From a virus (lineage: Duplodnaviria; Caudoviricetes), in IMG/VR virus record IMGVR_UViG_3300007539_000056, positions 1 through 39,032 of that record: a stretch of 39,032 nt of DNA, one strand, 5' to 3'. Each line of letters opens with the position of its first letter. Within the stretch, counting starts at the first letter, position 1. Both the position numbers and the translations under genes were made by a program. This document shows positions 1-9,800 of this stretch, piece after piece. The notes under the pieces were generated by a model. The model had not been told where the DNA came from, ran no database searches, and was given only the letters and a program-made list of their open reading frames with translations.

Positions 1-410
1 ATTTCTGCAACCTTGGTATTTACTCCACTAGCAGGAGAATTAATATTATCTCTATCATACACTCTAAGCTGACAGTTCTGAGTGTTTACAGCGCTTGTAT
101 GGCCGAATCTGATACCAACAGCACATTCCATACTCTTAATGCCACTCAGTCCAACAGTGTACTCGGTGCCCGTAGAGTTTATGGTACACATTCCACTTGG
201 ATAAACACCATCAATGAACTTGTTGTTGTTTGCCTGTCCCTGTATAGTGGTAGCGTTACCATTCGAGATATAAGTCGAGTCCTGATAACTATTTATTTGT
301 ACAGACGAACCTTGAGTAGGCCCAAAAAATGCAACACCAGAACCATGCAGGCTTGGTGTACCAGCAACCATAGCTGAGTTGTATTTAATTTGAAAGTCGA
401 TTGTAGCCAT
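1..410 (-). CDS. Putative virion structural protein, truncated by the window edge (not in the ORF track)
   Basis: ATG at 410 preceded by AGGAG. The frame is open to position 1: MATIDFQIKYNSAMVAGTPSLHGSGVAFFGPTQGSSVQINSYQDSTYISNG...QLRVYDRDNINSPASGVNTKVAE. G/S/T/N-rich, beta-strand-like composition. Confidence 0.8.
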   Translation of the reverse strand, partial: MATIDFQIKYNSAMVAGTPSLHGSGVAFFGPTQGSSVQINSYQDSTYISNGNATTIQGQANNNKFIDGVYPSGMCTINSTGTEYTVGLSGIKSMECAVGIRFGHTSAVNTQNCQLRVYDRDNINSPASGVNTKVAE

Positions 411-434
411 AATTTCTCCTTTAGTTAAATATGA

Positions 435-441
435 ATACACA
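435..441 (-). promoter_or_regulatory. TGTGTAT motif, putative phage late promoter element
   Basis: Minus strand reads AAAATGTGTATTCATA, ~25 nt upstream of the ATG at 410. The same 7-mer lies in the intergenic gaps at 23626, 27082 and 35417. Confidence 0.55.
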
Positions 442-462
442 TTTTATTGAATTGTTAGACTT

Positions 463-1515
463 TTATTGTTTCCATTTTTTAAAATCCGCAGCAATATCTA
501 GCATAATAGTGTTATGGTCTGCGGTTCGTATATTGTACCCATCTCCGAACGTGCAGTAGGACTCCTCTTTCTTGAAGTGATTACCAAGGTATTGACCAAA
601 ATCCCCAGCACCGCCGATGTGCCAATTTTTTCTAGCCATATAAAATGCTCTAGCCCAAAAAAAGCCGCCAGAAAAAGACCATTTGTTTTGATTTCCATTA
701 AAGTCGTCCTGAAACGCCCCCGCGCAATAATACTTGTTACCCATAGCTTTGTAAATCTCGTCCCAGTTATGGAAAACTGTTTCGTACATTACATCCGTGA
801 CAAAATTATTAACTTCTGGTACATCGCTAAAAATTTTAGAGTGAGCGAAACAAATAACGTCATATTGATGATCTATATCCATTTCCCCCAGCATCGCATA
901 TATGTTTCTCTTACTAAAAATAATACTATCAAAATATTTTTCCAAAGCTGGAGTATACCTATCTATTATATCTTGATCTTTAGTGGTGAAAAAACATATT
1001 GACTGCCCATCGAAAGTATCAGACTCTCTTATTATTCTATTTAGATGATACCCTATCCTGCCACCATCTTCAGCATCCATGAAGTAGCATAGATGTTTTT
1101 TACTTTTTGCATTTAGGTTTCTAATATTGCCCGAAGATTTTTTCTGTCTACACTGATTGCATATATTGTATCTTTCTGGAATAACCTCTAAACGACTACA
1201 TAAAGGACATTCAATAGCAATTGCTGGCCATTTACCAATCGGGCAAGCTAAAGATTTTCTCGTTACTCCATTAAGCACCTGCGCCCTATATGAGTTTGAT
1301 CTTTCTGCTATTTTCTCGCATATGCCGCCCTTATTAAACTCACAAGAAGCACAAACATTAGTTCTATATTTAGAATAATAATTAGGACTTGAGGATATAG
1401 AATTTCTTACCACCGGATAAGGATCTGGAGAAGAGCCAACGATGGGAAGGCTAGCATCAGCAACCTTATTCTTTACAGGATTGGTATTATGTTTTTTTCT
1501 GCATCCGCATCCCAT
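463..1515 (-). CDS. Cys-rich N-terminal domain fused to a glycosyltransferase-like domain
   Basis: 350 aa. N-terminal MGCGC, CxxC..C..CPIGKW, CPLC and CNQC. C-terminal alpha/beta domain with VICFAHSK and WSFSGGFFWAR, reminiscent of phage/bacterial GT-A-like domains. RBS AGGAGG; starts directly after the upstream stop. Confidence 0.55.
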   Translation of the reverse strand: MGCGCRKKHNTNPVKNKVADASLPIVGSSPDPYPVVRNSISSSPNYYSKYRTNVCASCEFNKGGICEKIAERSNSYRAQVLNGVTRKSLACPIGKWPAIAIECPLCSRLEVIPERYNICNQCRQKKSSGNIRNLNAKSKKHLCYFMDAEDGGRIGYHLNRIIRESDTFDGQSICFFTTKDQDIIDRYTPALEKYFDSIIFSKRNIYAMLGEMDIDHQYDVICFAHSKIFSDVPEVNNFVTDVMYETVFHNWDEIYKAMGNKYYCAGAFQDDFNGNQNKWSFSGGFFWARAFYMARKNWHIGGAGDFGQYLGNHFKKEESYCTFGDGYNIRTADHNTIMLDIAADFKKWKQ

Positions 1516-2535
1516 TTATATTCCTCCTAAAATATTATTAACTTTATCTACATCAATACTAAGATTTATTGGCGAGGGCCAATCCATATCTAACCAATTT
1601 ATCCAAGGTTTGAAACTTCCTCCCGCATGATAAATGTTTGCAAAAGAATTTCCGCCAGCTCCCCCATTAGAGTTTTTTAGCTTTTGATAGGGCAACATAA
1701 AAATAAACTTAGGCTCAGACGGAGCCTTCATAAAACGCATATAGTTCCAAAGTTCCCCATCTTCAAGATTACAATCAATAACGTCCTGAAGAGCGCCCTG
1801 ATCAAAATACCCTAAGCTCTCTATAACGCCCCTTTCTTGCAAAAATAAAAGTCTATCCATCCATTCTTCAAGCACTTTTATATGTCTTCTAGACCAACCC
1901 ATAATACCGGCACAAGGCCAATAAGAACCAGACCATTCCACTTTAGGTAGATCAACATAAGAATAAATAATATTTTTATTCTGATTATGTGGAGATATGG
2001 CACCATGATCTGGAATGAAAAGTTTATTCTTAGTAGCTTCGAGCATATATTCTAGACTAGAATTAACCCAAGCGTCGGCATCTAACCATAGAACATTTTC
2101 ATACTTCATTAATGCGTCATATATAAACCAAGGTTTGTTTAGAGTCTGCCAACCATTATACATTTTACTTATAGGCATTTCACATTTTGCAAATACTACT
2201 CCAAGATTCTCCATTCTCCTTTTGAAAGATTCATCCGTTATTCCAAGATCGTAACAAATGATTCTTGATTGGTTTTTGCTTAATGCAGTCCACGCCAAAA
2301 GATATAGACCGTTTACAAAATTCTGATCCGAGGCTGTTACAATTGTGGATTTATTATCAAATTTATATCTTTGTAAATTGTTATCTTTCTTAAATATTTC
2401 AAACGGAAAACTAGATGGATCAGATGGCGACGGATTAACTGACAATACTCTTACTGGATTATTCCTACTCAATTTACCAGAACTAGAATCACGATTTATA
2501 AGACTATCAATTATAATATTTTTGGTTATTTTCAT
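1516..2535 (-). CDS. GT-A fold glycosyltransferase (nucleotide-diphospho-sugar transferase, GT8/GT77-like)
   Basis: Start re-called at ATG 2535 (MKITKN, RBS AGGGGTGG, 1 nt after the upstream stop), giving 339 aa. Motifs IVTASD, YDLG, KPWFI, VLWLDADAW (DxD), CAGIMG, DQGAL and H..G..KPW are typical of GT8-type GT-A enzymes. Confidence 0.8.
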   Translation of the reverse strand: MKITKNIIIDSLINRDSSSGKLSRNNPVRVLSVNPSPSDPSSFPFEIFKKDNNLQRYKFDNKSTIVTASDQNFVNGLYLLAWTALSKNQSRIICYDLGITDESFKRRMENLGVVFAKCEMPISKMYNGWQTLNKPWFIYDALMKYENVLWLDADAWVNSSLEYMLEATKNKLFIPDHGAISPHNQNKNIIYSYVDLPKVEWSGSYWPCAGIMGWSRRHIKVLEEWMDRLLFLQERGVIESLGYFDQGALQDVIDCNLEDGELWNYMRFMKAPSEPKFIFMLPYQKLKNSNGGAGGNSFANIYHAGGSFKPWINWLDMDWPSPINLSIDVDKVNNILGGI

Positions 2536-2536
2536 T

Positions 2537-3793
2537 TTATCCACCCCTAATAAATGCGCTACCGTCTGTATTTTGATCACTAATACAATCCGTCTCAAAA
2601 TTTGGACCATAAAGATCTTGACCAATAGCTTGATTGGTATCGGGTGGTGGAGAAGTTATTTGCGTTATGGCATCAACCTCATCATCTAATATACCACGAA
2701 GATAAGATGGGTTGCGTTGATAGTCTGGTATTATTTCTATGTTATAAGTACAGGTTGTTGAACCAGTCCAAGATTTCTGTAAATTACAAGCCCAGTTATT
2801 TAAATATTCTTCAAAAGATGTCTCTGCACAAAACTGATCTGCACATTCATAGCATATCTCAACGGCCCAAAAATGAGTATGATAATAATTACCAATATTC
2901 GTTCCGGGATACTGATCGTAGGCGTGGGCGTGCCACACAAGAGTCGCCGTTCCAAATTTCCCGTTATAACCGGTAGGGTCATCGTCGGCTGGCTCGGTTG
3001 GCCCAGCTCCAGATATGCCGTTAGCACTAATTTCTATTAAATAAATAGTAGAGCATTTTTCAGTACCTCTATAGGTAATGTCTGGACACGGATCAGAGCA
3101 GCTTAAATGGCATGTGCAATGAGGACATCCACCATCTAGATATCGCTGCTCTCCGCCATATAAAAGTTCATCCGTCCACTGACAGTCTGTGAGTTCATTA
3201 TATCCGCTTTGGTGTTCGTTGATTATATCTTGGTATGTAGCTTCGCACCAAGGGTCGTCTAAATGTTCTATAATAGGAGAGCAAGTTGGCATAGCGGCCC
3301 CAAAATATTTTCCGCCGGGAGCAAAAAATGAATTCAACTCTTCTTCGTCGCTAGCGCCATAATACCAAAGCTTTTCTGTGAGACACGCCCAATCTAAAAG
3401 CTCTTCATAATAAGATTCTTCTGGGCTAAGTAGATCTGCTGGATTCAGATCCCATTTAGTCCAGCAATATTCAATAGCCCAAACCTCAGTATGATAGTTT
3501 CGACCAATCTCATAATTAAGTGGTACAGTATCATAAATATGATAATGAAATAACACTTTAGCCCCTTTCCTTATAGGGGGGCTATCTGGAGGCTCTATTG
3601 GACCATCTGTATTACCAGCCACGCTTATGCTGACAAATATAACAGTCCGAAAACATTCCTGATTACAACAGCAAGCCGGAGTGAAAGCCAACATTCCAGC
3701 AGGACCTCTTTCCATCTCTTCAATCTTTCTTCCGGTGAAAAGAGGTTTGCCGCGACTAAACTGAACTAATCTAGGTCTGTGTCTATGTGTCAT
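2537..3793 (-). CDS. Cys-rich acidic tail-tip-associated protein with two internal repeats
   Basis: 418 aa, PACCC motif, two copies of a ~100-aa unit ending YHTxxWAxExC...WAC. Lies directly downstream of the 2151-aa tail protein. Confidence 0.6.
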   Translation of the reverse strand: MTHRHRPRLVQFSRGKPLFTGRKIEEMERGPAGMLAFTPACCCNQECFRTVIFVSISVAGNTDGPIEPPDSPPIRKGAKVLFHYHIYDTVPLNYEIGRNYHTEVWAIEYCWTKWDLNPADLLSPEESYYEELLDWACLTEKLWYYGASDEEELNSFFAPGGKYFGAAMPTCSPIIEHLDDPWCEATYQDIINEHQSGYNELTDCQWTDELLYGGEQRYLDGGCPHCTCHLSCSDPCPDITYRGTEKCSTIYLIEISANGISGAGPTEPADDDPTGYNGKFGTATLVWHAHAYDQYPGTNIGNYYHTHFWAVEICYECADQFCAETSFEEYLNNWACNLQKSWTGSTTCTYNIEIIPDYQRNPSYLRGILDDEVDAITQITSPPPDTNQAIGQDLYGPNFETDCISDQNTDGSAFIRGG

Positions 3794-3801
3794 AAAATAA
3801 C

Positions 3802-6800
3802 CTATGCTGCTGGAGATCCGCCGGGATCTGTTCCATCTTCTTCATATTCGCAAGTGGCACCTTCGATCCTATGAGGGTCAAGGTCACAATAATTCCATAC
3901 GTCCACCTTCTTCTTTTCAATAGTTATAGATTTAGTCCCAATAATAACATCGCTAACTAGATCTATTTCTTCAAACATATCCATCCAGATAATCATCCAG
4001 TAACAATTAGGATTTGAATGACTATCATAATAATTTGGATCGTCTCCGCATGGGCCGTTGGGCTGATAATTCCAAACATACATCGCAACCCCTCTGCGAC
4101 CCCTAAGATCCTTAGCAAATCTGTTGTTCAAGAAGGCTCCCATAGGATCTTGAATTTGAATATATCCCCTACAGTCGTCAGAGTCGGCAGACTCAGAATC
4201 TACTTCCCATTGACCTTCATCATTTTCTTTGACACATATTTCGCCGGGAACCTCGGTAACGTTACATGGATACTGAGTAATGCGCCCAATAATTGATGAA
4301 AAATCCTGCCTTCCTTCGCATTTGCGGTTATCTTCATCACACTCTAAAAGCCAAGGCTTGCCGGTTAACGGATCTTCGCCAGTTATTTTATTGATTATCT
4401 CATTTGTAGTATAGTCATGATTACCCAGATAGCTAGACATGTCATGAAGCATCTCAACCATATCCTCCCAGTCGTCCAGCCTTAAACTGTTTGGGGTTTG
4501 ATATGTGCCGTTCCAACCATTGTGATAAATACTTCCAATAGTAGCATCGCCGGAATAGTTAGGTCCAGCCCAATCACCATCAGAACCTGACCAAGCGTCA
4601 TTTTCTGGAAAAAACGTACCATCCGTCAATGCATCTGACTCGTAATTAATCCACTCGACCAAATTTCCCGCATTGGCGGCACCCCAAGCCTCTGGATCAA
4701 AACCCTCGCCTCCGGCAAAGTTTGATAGTTTCATACAGCTAGGAAGACTTGACAACCCCTCATTAGATTGATCGCCTGTTAACCCGGAAAGACTTTGAGT
4801 AATCTTAACCTTTCCACAATCAGCAGAAGAAGTAAATGGTATATCGGAGCCATAAAGAGCATAGTGTATTTTTTGAGCCACAATAGACGGTGGATCATCA
4901 CTGTTTATATGTATAGCCTTAACATGCAGCTCCATAAATTCTTGCTCGGTGCCAGCAAAATCTCCACTTGTTGGATAGTCTGAAAATTGTGGAACCCCAG
5001 TCTCATCTCCATCAACTACAAAGTAGAAGTATCTAGCAAAGGTTTCATCTGTCTCATTTATCAGTGGATTAACCCCATCTATACTTGATAAAGAGTCTCT
5101 AATTCCAAAATAATGCCCCGTCTGTAACTCGCTTCCAGCACAAACCTCAAGGGTTGCTTCAGCGTTTCCGGGAGACGGATAACATGTTTTCATAATCCAG
5201 AAATGAGTATTTAAACCCTCTCCCGGCGTAGTTGCGACATTATCTAAAGATTCACCCTCATAAATAATTTCCGTATTTGCTCTCCAAGCGTTCTTTCCAT
5301 CGAAGCCCTGCGTTCCAGAGTTTTGGCAGTAGTCAGCATGTCTTTCGGGCTTCTTAGGCTCAAAACCGTTCCAGTCAAAGTTTCCCGGACCTCCAGATGG
5401 AAACTCGGTAGGATCAGTAATTCCCGGCCTATTGGCATTTCCCTCCCTCTGCAAGCCAACCCACCAAATATGAGTGTCTTGCTTACATTCTTCTTCGGGT
5501 TCTTGAGTTTCAAATGATACGATGTCACCAACAGTAGCACCGCCAGCAAGAGGAACCCATTCATAATTGATTCTCATAACCGTTAGGTAAGAGTTAGGAC
5601 CGGCAGACATTGAGAAATTTGGATCTCGATTATAGCAAGTAATAACTTCAGGTGGGTCTGCGTAGTCTAGACTGCTTTCAGTTCCTTTAGTTGCATCCAC
5701 CTTCCTTAAAACTTTTAACTTAAAGGTGGTAGGCTGTGTTGGGCTTTGTGGAGCCTCAACGTCGTCCTCATACACAACGCCCGTCAAAGTTTCTAGTCCA
5801 CCAGACCAAATTTTTCTTTCTTCATCCCACATAAGTTTGACAGGACCAGTTTTCCAATTCTTTCTATTGGAAAGAAGCTGTGTATTGAAGTTGCGAATAT
5901 TATCGGTATCGCTTGGAACCGGATTATTCGCAATATCAAAACCCCACCCACTAAGAACTAGCGGACCTTTAAGACCTGCGGCTCTAGCTTCGGTCATATC
6001 CTTCAGAGCTTGCCCACTAAAACTTTCATTGAGTTTGGCTTTGTATGGACTAATAGTGTTTGGAAAGCTATTCTGTATATCATATACAAAGAATAAATAA
6101 TCTTTATGCACGCAATCATCTATCCATTGCTCAACAGGGTTTTGTTGTTGTTGTGTATTTCCTACAACACCTCCCCCAGTATTATTTCCAAATATACCAT
6201 AGTTCATATATGGATCTAGATCATTACTAGTAGGAAGAATAGCGCCATCGGAACTTCCTGCGCGATACACATTGAATCCAGCGCTAGCCAGATTTTCTCC
6301 AGTAACCATCTCTCCACCCATAGATGGGTCTTGTATAGATGGAAGCGATTGGTTTGGGATTCTGTCTCTATTAGAAGAGTAGCCAGCATAAAACTGCTCT
6401 TTAGAATTTCCGAAGCTCGTTTTGTAATTTGGACCAACGCCAGCATCTGCCGCCGTGGAGCTATATAGTGTTGATGCGGAAGATGAAGTTATTTCATGGT
6501 GTCCAGTACTTAGAAGACCTTCCCCCCATCCAGAACTACCCATAATTGCGCTCGTTTCTGGATTAAACGTATTAGCAACCCTTGGGTAATCCTTTGACTG
6601 GATCTCTTCTCTGGCCGTTCTATAGCTACCCGTCCCAGAACCGCTAGAACCATCACCGTTTAGCGAATTCATTTTGTTTCGCCAAATTCTAGACATTCTA
6701 TTTTGGTTGTATTTTTGCAGCTTGCCAAAATCTGGAGTCCAAGTATTGAACCGATAACTAGTAGAAATACCTGAAGTTCCAACCTTTATTGATATATTAG

Positions 6801-9800
6801 TCACGTATGGACCAGCGCCCAAAAGCCTATCAGCCAAATTGTATTGAGGATATTCTGCTATCTCATAACTTCCATTCTCAGCCTCTTCCATTGTGGCAAC
6901 GCCGGTATTAGCCTGAGACTGAGCCATTTCTGACATAGCTTGCTGACTACCAAAAGACTGAGGGACCAATTCTGGATCATAAATAAAATCTAGCTTTCCA
7001 TTCTTATGATTTGCGTGATACCAAGGCCCCCATGAGTATCTCTGGCTTTTTTGCGGTATCCCTATTGCGACAGGAGCCTTGACGCTTGGACCAAAAGCAA
7101 CGGAAGTAGAGCCAGAGCCGCCCACACCTTTGCCCCAAGGGTGCCCAGTCCCCTGCGATATAAACATCGACATCATCAGAAATCCCCAATTATTTGAGGT
7201 AAATAGGTCTGAGCTTTCCGCTTGAACTCCGGTGTCTACGACAACGTAAGGTTCTAATTCGCACTCCAAAGACCCAAGCTGCAACCACTCTATGCCAGCC
7301 GGAAAACTTGGACCATTTTCATTCGTTGCAATCCCGGTTATTTCTCCAGCGGAAAATCGCTCGGCAACACCGCCGCCAAGAGAGCAGTTGCTCGGAAAAA
7401 CATTGATAGGTTTTAACATGCCTGATTCGTCATAATATCTCGGATTATCGAGATAAGGAGGAGACTCATCCACCCAAGCAGAATCTGCCAATTCCCAAGA
7501 AGGAATTTGATCAACATTATCTTTTAAAATTTTAAGATTGTTTTCTATTCCTCCCGGCTCTTTTGGTAAAAATATTAAAAACCTTCTACCAAAAAAGTTT
7601 TCAGCACAATTACTCACGGTAGACCATATACCACTATAAGTACCAGTTTCGTCAAGCTCAAGATATCCCGCAAACCTGTTTGCAAGGATATTAAGTTCTG
7701 CCGATGAAAAGGTAACAGGTCCACCATTAAAATTCATCATAGAGTTTTTCATAACTTGAGTCGATGCAAGCGGGCCTAGTCCTTGAAGCCTGCTAGGAGC
7801 GCCAAAAGAGGGAAGACCACAAAAATCTGCGTTATAATTCTCAAAAACTCCAGAAGTGTAGTCAGAACCACCATTTAACAGTAACCATATCTGCTCAAGC
7901 CACTTGAATGATAGCCAAGAATCCATGCCTTTTCTAGCCGCCCTAAGCTCTGCTATGGAACAATTATATGATCTTGGTCCACCACCTGTAAAAGCGTTTG
8001 AATACTTAGAACCTTGCACAAAAAGCGTTATCTTTCTATCATCATTATATGCTCCAGATTGAACATTTTCAAAGTTTCTAGAAACAATATATCCACCATC
8101 AGAGGTTTGCCCAAAAACAGGAATCATATCTGCCTGAGTAGCCAGAAAGTATCTAGTCGCCTGACCACCAAGTATAACTTTCTGAGTGGCTTCATTTTGA
8201 AACTCTTTACCAATGCTAGAGTTTATTAAAGTTCCAGAATCTCTTGCGGACTCAACAAACTCTTTAATGATTCCAGCGGAGGGCGGTTTACCTTTATCTA
8301 TAAGTTTTATCTTTGCAATAACATTGTCTTGATCTAAATATTGATCACCAAAATCTGGACATTCAGTATTTTCTTCCCCATCTAGTGTCCAAATATAATC
8401 GTGTTGTATTAACTCACACATATCTGTTATGATAGAGTTAAGATCTAAAGAAGGAGAAGCAGAAATTCTGTAATATTCTGGCACTAAGGGTATCAACTCT
8501 GAGAGATCAAGCTTGTATTGAGTTTTGCCAAAAAATAATTTGTCTCCGTGCGGCGTACCTCCTTGTGAAATGGCTTGGATGGTTGATAGAAGCTTTCTGC
8601 CGTTAAAACCTTGGTCATTTCTTCCAGAATCACCCCAAGTACCAATACCAAATTCGTCAACAAGATCGGGATTAAAGGTCCACTGTTCATCGTCCCCTCC
8701 GGCAAACTGATCTAATTCTTGCCCGCCGCAAATGCCGTCTGTTGCTCCACCACCTAAGCCAAGCGTAAAGTTTTCAAAATATCCATATGGATTCAAAAGG
8801 TTTCTTACTCCGCCATTTTGGTATGGTATCTGTTGACCTCCCGAAGGACTAAACTTTGTATCGCCAAGAAATGCCGTGCCTTCAAATTTGTCAAGAATTA
8901 CATGAACGCCATCCATAAAAGAAGAAACTGAATTTAAAAGAACATTATATTTTTTACCGCCTATAGACTCCGAATAATTCCACCTTTGAAGAACGCCGCT
9001 AAACTTGAAACCCCTATATCTAAAATAACAAGCGGTTCCGGCAGGAGGAATATTTATATTGTAGCCATTTTCTGGGTCTTCAACAAGAGTAAACGAACAG
9101 CTAGAATTGTCGCCACCGAATCCTACGCTGGAATCAACTGAAGCAACCAAAGCATTAAACATCACAGGGGGATTTTGTTCTCCCTTGTCTCTGCTCGACA
9201 CATGGATTGTTACCGGCGGAAGATCTATTTCATAGTAGTTTTCGTCGGTCGGAATAAATTTAGCTTTTAACTCAAAACTTTCGTATACAGGAGTACCTTC
9301 TGGAGGATCGAACTCAAAATCTCCGCCTATTTCCTCTTGGGTAATCGGATCAACCGCCTTTATTGGATATTCAGCATTACTGTTTGTGATATATGGAATT
9401 TTTTTGCTTGAAATTTCGCACGGAGCTTCAACAAGTATACCATTTTTAATGGCGCTTTCAGATTTTTCAACCGTATCCCAAATAATAACTGGTTCTTGTT
9501 GAACAATCTCTATTTCGTATTGTCTTTCTAATTCTATCCCACCCAAAAGTAGACCATATTCTTTGTAAGGCTCATCATCAAGCCTCCATTTAGCTTTAAT
9601 GATGTGGGTTCCAACATCTAGCTTCTCGTCTAAATCAAATCCCTCGTATTCAATATCGCCGGAAATAATATTAGGAGATGCGCCCTCTTCGGGGGGTCTA
9701 ACATACGGAGTTGCACCACCCTCCTTTTTTGGAGTAAGCCTATCCTCAAAAAATACGACAGCCTCTTTCCACTCTGGTCCAAAAGTGTACCCATAAGGAA

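Noticed and set aside
1495-1515. MGCGC as a eukaryotic myristoylation/palmitoylation signal, implying a eukaryotic virus
   Set aside because: The context is a bacteriophage operon with Shine-Dalgarno sites and a tape measure gene; metal or disulfide use is more plausible.
1516-2548. Ubiquitin-like C-terminal RGG of the 418-aa protein (and LGGI of the GT)
   Set aside because: Both are explained by the overlapping Shine-Dalgarno of the next gene (AGGGGTGGA-TAA-A-ATG; AGGAGGAATATAA-ATG).
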